NCBI GenBank assembly: GCA_964188305.1
Contig: OZ076889.1
DNA from: Podarcis bocagei
Lineage: Eukaryota
Reading direction: 5' to 3' (one strand)
DNA length: 64,000 bases
Below the pieces are notes generated by a model. The model saw only the letters and a list, made by a program, of their open reading frames with translations. It ran no database searches and had not been told where the DNA came from. Positions 1 to 12,464 of this stretch are shown piece after piece; within the stretch, counting starts at the first letter, position 1; each line of letters opens with the position of its first letter. A program made the position numbers and the translations under genes.

Positions 1-257
1 GACACAATGTATTATTAAGCACTCAGCAATAGTGAAAGATCCAGGCATAGTGCTATAAGGTTTAGTTTCTTTTACTATGCAATGCTACAGCAATGTGGAG
101 GAGGAAGGCAGAATCCAAAGACAGTTGTTTCACCTTATCTAGCTCCTTCAGCCGGGTAGAAGTGAGAGCAGAGGTACAAGCCACAGTCCTCCATTTTTTC
201 TCACATTGTTTCCCTCCCATTGGGAATCATGGCAGAGAAATAAAAAACATTGATTTA

Positions 258-463
258 GCCCTAAACAGCCTTGGCCCTGTATACCTGAAGGAGCTTCTCC
301 ACCTCCATCATTCAACCCATACACTGAGGTCCAGCTCTGAGGGCCTTCTGGTGGTTCCCTCACTGTGAGAAGTTACAAGGAACCGGGCAGCGGGCCTTCT
401 CAATGGAGGTGCTGGCCCTGTGAAACACTATCCCATCAGATGTCAAAGAGATAAATAACTATG
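258..463 (+). mobile_element. L2-clade LINE, 3' ORF2 fragment (decayed)
   Basis: Translates as ALNSLGPVYLKELL..HTLRSSSEGLLVVP, followed by degraded GT.QRAFS..AP.LWN.LP-like sequence, typical of the L2-type ORF2 C-terminus. Confidence 0.75.
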
Positions 464-875
464 GGGTGCTGTATTCCACACAAACACCTGGGTGCAGGGT
501 TGCCTCCAGGAAAGCTTGAGTTCAAATACCTGTTGGTCACTGCTGATGGAAGCTACATTTGGGAGAAAGGGAAGGGATGAAGGGAGGAGGCACCTTGTAA
601 GGGTAGGAAGAAGAGAGAAACCAGATGTGAGAAAGACATGGGGCAGCAGGAGGATGGCAAGGAAACAATGAGATGGGTCAGGTCTATCTGATACTTTGTA
701 GCTCTTAAGAAAATGTCCAAATGAGATGAGGAGAGTTTCGTACATCTCTGCTGGCATAGTAATTATGAAAAATAATAGGGGTCAGCAACTTGGTGCCCTC
801 TGGATTTTGTGGACTTCAACTCCCTCCAGGCTCAGGCAGTATGGCCCGTGGTCAGGTTGAGGTTCACAGTGTCTG

Positions 876-1122
876 AAGGGGTCAGCAAACTTTTTCAGCA
901 GGCCAGTCCACTGTCCCTCAGACCTTGTGGGGGGCCAGACTATATTTTGGGGGGCGGGGAGAACAAATTCCTATGCCCCACAAATAACCCAGAGATGCAT
1001 TTTAAATAAAAGGACACATTCTACTCATGTAAAAACAGGCTGATTCCTGGATCATCCGCAGGCTGGATTTAGAAGCTGATTGGGCCAGATCTACCCCCCA
1101 GGCCTTAGTTTGCCTACCCATG
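876..1122. mobile_element. hAT (Charlie-like) non-autonomous DNA transposon
   Basis: Imperfect terminal inverted repeats aggggtcagcaaact / agtttgcctacccatg. The right flank gtctagag matches the NTCTAGAN target preference. Confidence 0.7.
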
Positions 1123-2057
1123 GTCTAGAGTGCAGCACATTGCCTACCACTGAACCATATAAAAAAGTCATTATGTCTTTGCTTTCTTCATTTGAACTTC
1201 CTCTGCAGAGTTGGCTGCATCTCATCCCGTTTCACTCCTTGTCTACCAAATGTATGTTGTTCTTCATACAAACATGGGCGAGCACCAATTGGGCAGCAGC
1301 GCTCCCAGTTATGTGTTCTGCTTACGTGCAAGATGTGCACACACGCACACAGGCTGCTTGTTAACGGCCACCATTCAAAAGCCTATTTGAAGTCCCACAT
1401 AAACATTCAAAGTTCAACTAAACTTTCTGCTGCTGCTGCTGCTTCAACATCCCCGTCTTCTTTAATAACCTCAGTGAAATCAATAAACATGACTGATTTT
1501 GCTAGCATAAATCACATATGTCTTACAGCTCAGATATAATGAGACTAAATTGGTTTTGTTTTTTGGTTTGTACATTCTGCCCCCCCCCCCCCCCGATTTC
1601 TATTTGCTGTTTTTCATGTTGAAGAGCTCCTTCGAGTGCCTCACTTCACTTATGAGTGATTTAAACAGAGATTTGTTTTTACAAATGCACATCTTTGTTT
1701 CTTTGTTGTTCTGTTAGGACAGCACTTTTTTCTGCGCGCAAAAACTGCTCTGTTATGGAATAATATATTGTTCTTCATTTATTTAGCATTTATATCCTGC
1801 TCTTCTAAAGTAAGTACCCCAGACAACAACTCATAAAAAGAATAAATAAAAATGTTAATATGTAAATAAATAAACATGGCCAACAGCTAACTTAAAAACA
1901 ACAACATAATACTAATATATTCTGTAATCTGGATCTCATATCCAAATCTCAGTTTATTAGAAAGTTTTAGAGTGGCGTATATATGGTCTAGAATTTGCAC
2001 AGCATTCAAAAATGTCCCATATAGAATGCCTAAATCTTTCACCAAGTTTTCAACTGT

Positions 2058-2208
2058 AGAGGCATAGCTCAATCGGTAGAGCATAAGACTCTTAATCTCA
2101 GGGTTGTGGGTTTGAGTCCCACATTGGGCAAGAGGTTCGTGCATCACAGGGGGTTGTACTAAATGACCCCCATGGTACCTCTAACTCTACAAGTCTGTGA
2201 TTCTATGA
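2058..2208 (+). mobile_element. tRNA-Lys(CTT)-derived SINE with CR1-like 3' tail
   Basis: The head tagctcaatcggtagagcataagactcttaatctcagggttgtgggtttgagtcccacattgggc follows tRNA-Lys-CTT. The tail gggttgtactaaatgaccc...tgattctatga resembles the CR1 3' end. Confidence 0.85.
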
Positions 2209-2739
2209 TACAGCATGCTGCTTGCTTGCACTGTGTGACTTCATTTGTAAAATAAACAAAAAATCTGTAATTCTTAGGGTTAGGGATGGTGTTGCTTGCT
2301 GCTGCACATTCAGGTATTTAATTTCTGTGACTTGGGCTCACAGGCATCTCATCCAACAAAAACCATCTCTCACCTATGATAGGTGCCTCTTTATTGCATC
2401 CACAGGGTGTGAAATATATCCTGAGATGAGACCAAGGGTCAAGCAAGGTTCAAGATGGAGAATCTCATGCCATATTTAAGTTATGTCAATTTTATATCCA
2501 TGCCATGATCTACAGAGATGGACCATACTGCATGACACACACTTGTCCATACCCTCTACCATCTAGTAAGCAGCAGTGGTGCAACCAAAGGTGAGGTAAA
2601 CGTCATCCATGCCATCCACTAGTGAGGTTAGCCTAACCCTGCCTCAATAACAAGCAGTCAATCTCCCCACTTGTGCCTCGCTGTCCATGTCTTGCTTGAG
2701 GGAGGCTTTCCCACCTCGCTCACTTGATAGGCAGGAGAG

Positions 2740-3360
2740 CATAAGAAGAACCCTGCTGGATCAGAACATCCTGCTCCCTGGGAAGCCCACAAACAGAACA
2801 TGGAGCCAATAAGCCTCTCTTGCTACTGCTCCTCCACAGCTGGTAATTTAATGACATACCACCTTTAGCCCTGAAGGTAGCAGATACCAGTTACAATGAC
2901 TTGGAGGTAGCAGATACCAGTTGACTTGGAGGTAGCAGATACCCTGGAGGTAGCAGATACCAGTTACAATGACACTGCCATTGCAGTGGAGGTTGGTTCA
3001 TTAGAACTAATAAGGCACTGCCTCAACCAACCTTAGCCTGCTATCAGCCAGGCCCCACCTGCCTGCCTGCCTGCCTATTTACAACTAGCCAGGGGACAGC
3101 TCTGCTTGTCATTGGCTGTTTCTGCACCTATTGTTGGTCTCCCTGCCTTGCCAGTCCCAGTGGGCACCAGCCACCATTGGTTGCCTTATCCTCCATGAAT
3201 TTGTCTAACCCCCTTTCAGTGACTAGTGGTCAACATGTTCTGTGGCAGCAAATTCCATAAGTTAACTATGCAATCCTTCTGTCTGTCCCCAATCTACCAC
3301 CAAACTGCTTCACTGAATGACCTCCCAGTGTTATGAGAGAGAGAGAAACTTCTCACTATC
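2740..3360 (-). mobile_element. CR1-type LINE 3' fragment, interrupted by a nested DNA transposon
   Basis: ataagaagaaccctgctggatcag and ccttatcctccatgaatttgtctaacccc match the other copy at 10944-11790. Confidence 0.65.
2984..3179. mobile_element. Non-autonomous DNA transposon (cagtgg...ccagccacca(c/t)tg termini; hAT-Tip100 or Harbinger-like)
   Basis: TIR-like ends. Internal similarity to 20788-21076 (ttacaac.ag, ccta.tgttgg..tccct, tgggcaccagccacca). Confidence 0.6.
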
Positions 3361-5984
3361 CAAAGAACAGGTAACACATATGTATTGCTAACTTGTGTAG
3401 TCCACCTTATCTTTAAAGAGCAGGACAAGCAGCAAAATGTCTTAATTTCATTCATCCTGATAACGGCACTATGAGTTTGGTCACTTTCCCATTTTACATC
3501 TAATGATTAGTAATACATGCTAAGGAGCATTTCAGCGTGCGTGAATAGTCTAGTATTATTTTATATTGCCTTACTGTCTTCTGAGGTAGGTTAAGCTAAA
3601 AGATAATGACTTTTTCAAGGTTACTTGGTGGGTTTCATGACTGATGGGGGATTTAAACAAGTCAAGTGTGGAATCTGCCACAGGAATTCATAGTTCCATT
3701 TTCTGCCTGGGGTGTAAGTAAAAAATTGTCCAGAAATTCTCTGAGGAAGTCCATGAAAGTCCCCATCAATGGAAGCCCTGAGCATGGACTTCCACTTCTG
3801 CAATGGGTCTTGCCCCACTCTCCTCCCCCACCGTGTGCCTCCCACTGCTGGCTCAGGTGGATCAAGAGAAATTTAGTGGTCTTACATCAAGAAGATCCTG
3901 CATGGGTAGTAGTTCATTCTGCACCAAATTGTATGAAGTTTAGTCATTAAGTTTAGTCATTAAATTTCATAGACATAATTCAATGGGTGCTTAAGCTCAT
4001 TGATTTCAATCAACGTATGCACACTTACTTTTGTATTGAATGTTGTCCTTTTTCATATGCCTGTTTTGTCACAGCCACCGCAGGCATAGTGGTGAATGAG
4101 GCAGCCACGCAGGGTGTCCAAACTCAGCAATGTGTACAGTACTCATTGACTGGGCAATATTCTCATTCTAGGGGACCTTGACAGCCTTCTGATCTCCAAC
4201 AGGGCTAGACAGTGCAGTAAAAAGAAACCATTAAAATGGGAGGACAGTATCTAGCTAAGTCTTGATCATTTTACGTCCTCTTGGTATACTGCTCAGCATA
4301 TGATAAGGAACAACAGTTGTCAGGCAAAATGTTAATTCCTCTAGCAACAGAAAACCTTGGGCCAGCCTCGTAATATGCATGAGGTCACACCTGATATCAT
4401 ATTGTGGGGTCTGATGCTTACAGGGGATGGGCTGGCATGGAACTATCAAAACATTGCAGAAATGCAGCTATCTTCTTGGTCCAGGGTGAATGCAAATCCG
4501 GGTGAGAATAGTATCCTAATTTGGCACCCAGACTAAGTGGAACAAAGCTGTTTTTTGGCAAAAAGAGCCCCTTGTCTTTGTTTTGCCAAAAATTTCTTCA
4601 CTGCAGCACATACCACAAGGAGAGGTGGCTTACATTTGGAGCTTTCATTATGACTAAATCCTATTTATACATGCAGAAAGGATTAGATAATAGGCCTTTT
4701 ATGCCAGGATTTCCCATGGGGGCATCCCATGAAACAGGGCTTTCACGGGAGCAACGATACAATGAAGTAATTTCTCTTGTACAATGGTTTGTTCTTTTTC
4801 CAGTGTTTTAGAAGAAGATAGAATATAAATATATATCCTCCAGTACACCTAGCCTCTGAACAATATACTGAGGAACATTGCATCTTGACCCCAATCTCTT
4901 TATGCCCTGAAGCATGGGGATGATAGAAGTTGTTAGGTTTTTATGCTCACTAGTACAGCTGAGGAAGCTACTGCTATTATCAGGCTTCTCCATATCGTAA
5001 AGAAGCAACACACACACCCTAAAACAAACAAAAGGTTGGATCCAGACCCAAGCTATTAATGCTTTAGTCTCACTGTAGTCCCATTGGAATTAACAGGCAA
5101 ACTTAATCGGGACTTACTAAAGTCTGAATAACTTGGATCCAATGCAGACTATTAAACTTGTTTTCCTTGGGCCTTTAGCGTTTTACCTTGAATCTCCCCT
5201 CTGTATGTCATATTCATACACTCCCTCCCAAACAACTATAGAACATTGCTCCTATTCCATTTAGCAAGGAAGTGTACAAATTGATTTCCATGTCAGCACC
5301 GATCAATATTTATGTGCATTAATTTTTTATTTCTTGCATCTAGCCAACGAGGACATGAATCTTCAGTGTGTTCCCCTACACACTCATGTTCTGGCAGCAC
5401 TTTAATCCTCTGGCACCACCAGTCATGCAACAATTATCCAAAGATCAGAAAAGAATTAGTTAAATGCTCAGCAAACCATGTTATATGGTAGCTGGCTGAT
5501 ATTAAGAGCACTTTACTAGGGAAGGGAAGCTTAACTAGGCGCTCAATACTTCATGGTATTCAAGGACATTTCAGTAACAAACATCCTTTACAATATTCCA
5601 TCACCATTCGCCCATGTTAATAGATCAGATTGTGATACTTGAGAACTGATCTGCTAGGTGGCTGCACAGCTCAGAAGTGGGAAACATATATTTATGTCCT
5701 GGTTAGGATACTGTTCAGTTGCAGCAATGTTCAGGCCTTTTCTCAATAGACATTTCCCAGCTATCCCGCTTTACTACAAGTAAAGTAAACATTTACTAAG
5801 ACTGAAATCCAAACACTTCTTCTTTGAATCCTTTCTCATGTAAGTAGAAAGATGGTGTAGAGTGGTTACAAAATAGTCATTTTCGTCACCAAAAGAGAGG
5901 ACTAAAGAGGTCACCAGCTTGCAAATGGCAATTTTTAGTTATAGATCCAAATTTAGAAATAATTACTGTATTTTACGACTTAGC

Positions 5985-6055
5985 CATGGTGGTCCATGCA
6001 TTGGTAACCTTGTGGGTTATTGCAATGCGCTCTTTGTGAGGCTGCTTTTGGACAA
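5985..6055 (+). mobile_element. L2-clade LINE ORF2 fragment
   Basis: gtggtccatgcattggtaacc...tattgcaatgcgctctttgtg reads VVHALVT...YCNALFV (frameshifted), a conserved post-RT motif of L2 elements. Confidence 0.6.
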
Positions 6056-8951
6056 GGTGCCTCAGCTGAGACAGGGGGTTAACTCCCATACATGCAGATA
6101 TAGGGGTAACTCCCCAGGTTACAAGTACGACTCCCAACATGAGGTAACTTCATACAGTTTCTATGAACTCAGGTTTTGTAGATACTTGCAACATCTCACC
6201 TACAGTGAATAGTCATGGATCTGAAGCAGGAGTCTAAAAAAGCCTGACTAGTAAATGTCCAGATCAGCCTTTATACTGTTCACTGTTAATGCTTTGCACA
6301 ATGCCTCTATTGAATCACAAAGCAGAAGCCTCGTTGTCTTCGTGTTGGCTGGACTCAGCCCATGCTTCCATGTCTCCTCCTCTTGTTTATTTTCAATGCC
6401 TCCAGGCGAAGGGAAAGACAACAATTAACCTTCCCACAGAGTTTACTTTATGTCTTCACCTAATCTATTCTGTATGTCATTTTTATTGCTTATTTATGGC
6501 CTGCTGTTTATCTTAGATGTTCTTTATCCTCAGCATTTTCCTTATTACTAGATAGCTCACGGGGAATGGTAATTTATGAGATATGGAGCCTTTCACAGCA
6601 AGGTCAGTGGCTCAAAATTAGCCTAGTTCAGTGGCAAGAATATGTTACTAGAAAAGTGAGAGCTGTGAAACAAAGCTGTAGGTTCCAGCTCTTAATCAGG
6701 GGACAGGACAGTCTATTCCAGAAGCTCCTGCTTGGCCATTAATTTTTAACAGGAGCCATATTTTGAATTGGACACAGGCTAAAGGGACAGGAATATTGGC
6801 TTCTCCCAGTGACTCACTCCTACATATGCTGAGGCACTCAAACAGTGGGTTATCAACGCACCACCTCCCCAGTATTCAGTACCAGAGGGCTTTCCTTATT
6901 GCACATTTTAGCAAACCATACTAAGATGCAGGCAAATGGTTCCCCACTCCTTGAGTGTAAACTGCAACAGAGGCTTCTTTAAGATTATCTCCTTATAGAG
7001 CCCAGCTTCTCTCCCTCCCGTGTTTTGATTTAACTCCCATTGAACTCAACGGGGCTTAATTCTGAGCAGGTATGCAGTTAAGCATTCTTTTTGGCTGGTC
7101 TTGCAAAATGAATTTTCTTCAGTGAAACAATTTACTCACTCAAAACTGATGAACAACTTTCTTTTATCCCCATTAATTTGTTCAGGTGATCTGGTTTTAT
7201 AGACTCTTCCCACTGGATTTAACGGTTCTATTGTAGGGGGTCTTAATGTTTTAATGAAAACCATTTTGAGGGTTTTTTCATTCTTGGTGGGGAAAGTGGG
7301 TGTATAAGAACACAAAACAAACATAAAATAATGCAATATTATATGGCTTCACTTTCAAAACCAGTCCTGTGGCCTTTGAGGACCCTCTTGGTAATTTGGC
7401 TGCATGTGGCCCAGGACTTCTGCCCCCAGGTCCTTCCCTGATTGCACCACTGTGATATCATAGTTTGGGATACATTTACTATATGCTTTGATTTACACAT
7501 AGGAGTAAGTGACTGAGGTTCATTCAGGGAGATAAGTCCTTAAGTCCATGTTGTAGAAAGTAAAGTGATTTTCTTATTTCCACAATCCCTACCTCATGTG
7601 CAGTAAGGAAACTGCAGGCTGCTACAAACTCATTTTCTGTAGTTCTTTGCTCTTCTCTGATATGTTAGAAACAGCTTTAAATAATTCAATTCCATGAGTT
7701 TGTTTGTTTTATATTTAGTTGGACATGGTCTGAGAACTGAAGTAATTTTCTAACTCACTGAATGATCCCCTTTTGCTCTCTTAAGCACTTTTCGTTCTCT
7801 TGAAACGAGTTTTCAATCAATGAAACAAAGTGCTCACTTGCAACCGATGGACTATCCTTTATTCCCTGGAAATGTAATCTTGCAGCCTTGGATAAATTTC
7901 ATTTAAATATATTTGCATGGCGACGCCAGGTTAGCCTTTGGCTTAGGGTGAAATCAACCTCTTTTCCATGCAAATATATTACAGATGGAAGTGACCTCGC
8001 TAGTGATTGGGTTAAATATGCTTTTGCATAACAGCGTGGGCTGTGAAATGAAATTAGAATCTCACTCTTTTGTGAGTGTGTGTGGTGGGTTTGGGGTCCC
8101 CCCCCAAAGAAAAGGTAATTTAATGAAAATGTCTCAGTGTTTTTCTCCATTCCACATGACACTATATAGATTCTGCTGTAATTCATCAGGGTGCTACCAT
8201 GCTGATGCCGAGAGAAACTCATTCCACTCAGGGTTCTCTCACTGAGCAATCCTGACCCTTCTGGAGTCAATGTCACTAGCTGATCTGCCATTTCTACTGT
8301 ATTGCAATTCATTGATACAATTGTGTTTTATCAGGATAAAGAACACACAACTTTACCGGTTTTTAATAGTGTGCCCTGGGGTGATACACTTTTAGGGTTG
8401 TAGTGAGAAGGAATATTTCCCAGTTATTCCAAATGGTAGAAAATCACCAAATGTAAACATTGTTAACATTTTATAAAAAAAACACAAAAAGATACCGTAG
8501 CACAAATTCTGCACCGGTCAAAGTTGAATTTGCATCTATTTGCTTCCTTTGCATAATTTATTTGGTTTCTGCTAGCCAAGGGGAGGGGCAAAAGGGTATG
8601 AAAGACATTTAGGTTCTGCCTCCTACCTGAATACTCACTTTTTTATGCAGATTTCACTGGAGGTCATCCACATACTATTCAGCAAGACTGGACCAACAAT
8701 CCAGTCACAGCATTTTGCACTGTGTGGAGCTTCTGGACCAATCCCAAGTTCAACCCCACATACATTACAATAAATGGTTTAACTTGAGGTTTAACTTGAA
8801 TCACCTTGATCAGGCTATTCTTGCCCAATAATGGCCATAACTGCTACTAGCTACTGAATTTACCCAAGCCTCCACTGACAAAGATGGATCCAGGCTCACT
8901 CTCAAACTACAAATTTAGTAGTAGCAACTCTACAATAAGTGTATTGAGGAA

Positions 8952-9171
8952 ATAAAAAATTCCTTCCAGTAGCACCTTAAAGACCAACTAAGTTAGTTCT
9001 TGGTATGAGCTTTCGTGTGCATGCACACTTCTTCAGATACCAAGAAGTGAAAAAGTGTGCATGCACACGAAAGCTCATACCAAGAACTAACTTAGTTGGT
9101 CTTTAAGGTGCTACTGGAAGGAATTTTTTTATTTTGACTATGGCAGACCAACACGGCTACCTATCTGCAAC
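8952..9171 (+). mobile_element. Penelope-like retroelement remnant (inverted pseudo-LTR ends)
   Basis: ~80-bp inverted repeat (8950-9030 / 9053-9134), a 3' tail atggcagaccaacacggctacc, and a perfect 12-bp flanking duplication tgtattgaggaa at 8940-8951 and 9172-9183. Confidence 0.8.
8997..9046 (-). ncRNA. Minimal type I hammerhead ribozyme motif (PLE-associated)
   Basis: The minus strand reads UUCUUGGUAU-CUGAAGA-A-GUGUGCAUGCACAC-GAAA-GC-UC^AUACCAAGAA. It has CUGANGA and GAAA core boxes, a palindromic stem II, a CUC cleavage triplet and a 10-bp stem I. Confidence 0.75.
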
Positions 9172-10120
9172 TGTATTGAGGAATTAATGCAACTGGTCCA
9201 CCAGCTGTAGCTTGGCCTCTTCCATGCTCATGAAAATATGTATTGCTTTGAACTAAAATGTGCAGATTAGCAGCTGCTCTCCAGTCAGCCTGGAGGATGC
9301 TTCTGTTTGCCAAAAGTCTTCTTCACTTTTTGAGGAGCGTCTTTTACAACAAAACCCACCAAATAAATGCAACAAATAAATACTCTTCTCTTAAAACCAT
9401 GGCACCCAAACCACAAAGAAACATAGCTGTGCAATGAAGCAGAGATGAAGTCAAATATTCCTCACTTAAGTCTGAATCATTCCATCCATTTGTATTCCAT
9501 AATCCATGTTCTTTCAGTTGATCAATTGCTTAACCCCAACTTTGAGAATGATACAACATCACCATTTTAATCTACCTAAACTGGTGAAGTCTGAAATACT
9601 GGGTCAAAACTGAAGCCGAGCTAATTTAATATGTATTGATTTCTTGAAAACCATACTTGTCTTGGAAATGCTATGGATTTTCAAGAAACATTCTGCTGTC
9701 TCTATTTTCTAGTTTGTTTGAAAACATAACTGATGTGTTTTCATGTCCTGAACATCATAATTTGCTGTGTTTCCTGTATGGTCAAAGTAGGGAAAGAGAT
9801 AAAAGAGAGTTCTTTTCTGCAGCTTGTAAAAAGCCTATACCTCGGACCATCCCAGAGGAAAGTAATAGCTTGCTCCTAACTTCTCATAATGACAGCCGCT
9901 GAATGCACACTTGACCTTCTCAGAAAATGTATCACTTTTAACTGGGACACAAAATACTTCCTGCACAGAAGACAGAACATTCTTTCTAAAGGCCTCTTCT
10001 GGTGACATGCTTGAAAAAACATAGGAAGACTCATAGCCATCATGTCCTTTTTTGCTTCACATTCATTATGTAACAATATGGTGTGCTATATATTGGCATC
10101 CTAAATGGCGCCTCCAAGTT

Positions 10121-10310
10121 GAGGATGGCTGCAGCTCAGTGGTAGAACAGAAGCTTGGAATGCAGAACGTTCCAAGTTCAATCCTCAGTATCTCCAAGTA
10201 GAGCTGGGAAAGACTCGTGCCTGAAGCCATGGAGAACTACTACTCCTGCACAATATAGGCAATACTGAGCTAGATTATTAAAGCACGGGGCAGCTTCCTA
10301 AATTCCTACA
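10121..10310 (+). mobile_element. tRNA-derived SINE (Squam3/MIR-like), diverged
   Basis: A box gcagctcagtggtaga, B box agttcaatcc, core ggcaatactgagctagat, tail ggcagcttcctaaattcc. Confidence 0.75.
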
Positions 10311-10985
10311 TTCCTGAGGTAAAGTGTTGCTTTGCCCAGACAACTCATGCAAAGGGTAGCTCCTATTGCCACTATAAAATGGATAATATTTATCCTGTAG
10401 TTATACATTCTACCTGATAAAATTCAGATCATGTACCAGATCTAGGGAGGGCTGAAAGAAAGAGCAGACAAGAGGACATCCGTGTCTGAAATGTGCATTC
10501 TTTCCCTTGCCAACGTACCATTTTGCATTTCCAACTCATGAGACACACTCTTTTTCTGGCGCTGCTGTAACTGGAGAGAGTCAAGCCAGTACTTGGCATC
10601 TTAGGACTCTTTATGTAGCTCTACTCTGTTCCAAAGGTTGTCTCTGACAGATTCAAATCACGCTTTATTTGCTAAGCTCTCAATAAATTATCCTGCCTTT
10701 GGCAACCCTTGCTCACATGGTGAACATCCAGGTAAATAAACAATGAGAAATGTTTGCTTCTGTGTACACTGTCAAATCTATTGAATGTATTTGTGCTTAC
10801 CTCATATATCTCTTTGACTGTTAATCTTCCCATCAGATTCCATTCCAAGGCAATTAGAACAAATGGAAGCCTGCAAATTTTTACATAAAAAGAGGGAGAG
10901 GTGCTTCTTTCTAAGACTGGGGGAAACACAGATTTCCATTAGTAAGAACATATGAGCAGAACAAGACCCTGCTGGATCAGACCAA

Positions 10986-11279
10986 TGCCCCCATTCACAC
11001 AATACATTTAACAGTCATGGCTCTGCCCTCCCCACAAAATACTGGCCATTTATTAAAGTTGCTAAGAGTTGTCAGGAGGCCCCTATTCTCCTCACAAAGC
11101 TAAAATTCCAAGAGTGGTTTAACAATCAATCCCAGGGAATTCTGGGAATTGTTGCTCTCTGAGCAGAAGAAGGGTCTCCTACCAGTTCTCAGCACCCTTA
11201 ACAAACTACAGCTCCCATAACTTTTTGGAGAAGCCATGACTGTTTAAACTGTTTTAAATGTATATTGTGAATGTGGCCC
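10986..11279. mobile_element. PIF/Harbinger-like MITE
   Basis: TIRs gcccccattcacacaatacatttaa / ttaaatgtatattgtgaatgtggcc and an internally palindromic body. Same family as 24780-25295 and 40115-40290. Confidence 0.7.
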
Positions 11280-11411
11280 TAATCCAGCATCCTATAATGG
11301 CCAACCAGATGCCTCCTGGAAATCTGTAAGCAGGACATGAGCAGAAGTGCACTCTCCCCTGCTGTAGTTTCAAACAATTGCTATTCAGAAGCATACTGTC
11401 CCCAACCTTGG

Positions 11412-11648
11412 GCGCGGTGGAGCTAGCTTCTCGGGCACCTGGAGTGGTGCCGTGCACCCAGGGGTGGGGTGATCCACACAGCGGCGATTGCGCCCGGCCA
11501 GGGGGTGCAATCTGGAGCGTTGGCGATCACGCCTGGCCGGGGGTGCGACCTAGCATGGTGGCAATTGCGCCAGGCCAGGGTTGTGTCACACACAACCCCA
11601 GGGTGACACCCAGGGCAGACCACCCCCACCTCCCTTCCTACGCCCATG
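11412..11648. mobile_element. GC-rich hAT-type non-autonomous element
   Basis: Perfect 8-bp TSD aaccttgg (11404-11411, 11649-11656). Three internal ~38-bp subrepeats ggcgattgcgcc.ggcc.gggggtgc. Confidence 0.75.
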
Positions 11649-12030
11649 AACCTTGGATAGTCCATGGAGGCAGAGTATAGCCTCCACAATAGTTGGTAGC
11701 CACTGACCTCTCCTCCATGAATTGAACGAATCCTCTTTTAAAGCCATCCAAGTTGGTGACCATCAGTGCTTTCCTGCAGTGAAGAAGTACATGAACTGTA
11801 CATTGTTAAGGGTGCTGGGAATTGCAGCTCTATGAGCTAAACTTTAGTTCCCAGGGATTCTTAGGAGAAAGCCACATGCTTTAAATGTCTGGTGTGGGTG
11901 GAGTTTTTGGATTATAAAATGCTAAGTTTAGTGGAGAAGGTAATTTTTTTATCTCTTGGCTTTAAATCGTAGCTTTATTTTTTAAGTTAGGTATGGTTTT
12001 TTTAATATACATGAAATGTACCTTTAACTA

Positions 12031-12386
12031 AAGGTAAACGTAAAGGGACCCCTGACCATTAGGTCCAGTCATGACCGACTCTCAGGTTGCGGCGCTCATC
12101 CCGCTTTATTGGCTGAGGGAGCCAGCGTACAGCTTCCGGGTCATGTGAGCAGCATGACTAAGCCACTTCTGGTGAACCAGAGCAGTGCACGGAAACGCCG
12201 TTTACCTTCCCACTGGAGCGGTATCTATTTATCTACTTGCACTTTGAAGTGCTTTTGAATTGCTAGGTTGGCAGGAGCAGGGAACGAGCAACCGGAGCTC
12301 ACCCCATCACGGGGATTCGAACCGCCGATCTTCTGAACGGCAAGTCCTAGGCTCTGTGGTTTAACCCAAAGCGCCACCCGCGTCCC
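12031..12386 (-). mobile_element. Sauria SINE, full length
   Basis: tRNA-like head with B box (ggttcgaatccc on minus) and an (accttt/acgttt)-type tail. TSD tacctttaacta / tacgtttagcta (10/12). Confidence 0.92.
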
Positions 12387-12464
12387 TACGTTTAGCTAGA
12401 TTTAGCTAAATTGAAACATTTAGAATGAACTTTCTCTGGCTACACTACATCACTATAGGATTTA

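Larger units (their letters stand above)
10944..11790 (-). mobile_element. CR1-type LINE 3' fragment carrying two nested DNA transposons
   Basis: taagaacata...ccctgctggatcagaccaatg / tccagcatcct...tggccaaccagatgcc / ttaaagccatccaagttggtgaccatca. The pieces are collinear once the inserts are removed. Confidence 0.75.

Noticed and set aside
2058-2130. Functional tRNA-Lys(CTT) gene
   Set aside because: The acceptor stem is disrupted, the T-loop is mutated (gtttgag), and it runs straight into a CR1-like tail, so it is a SINE head.
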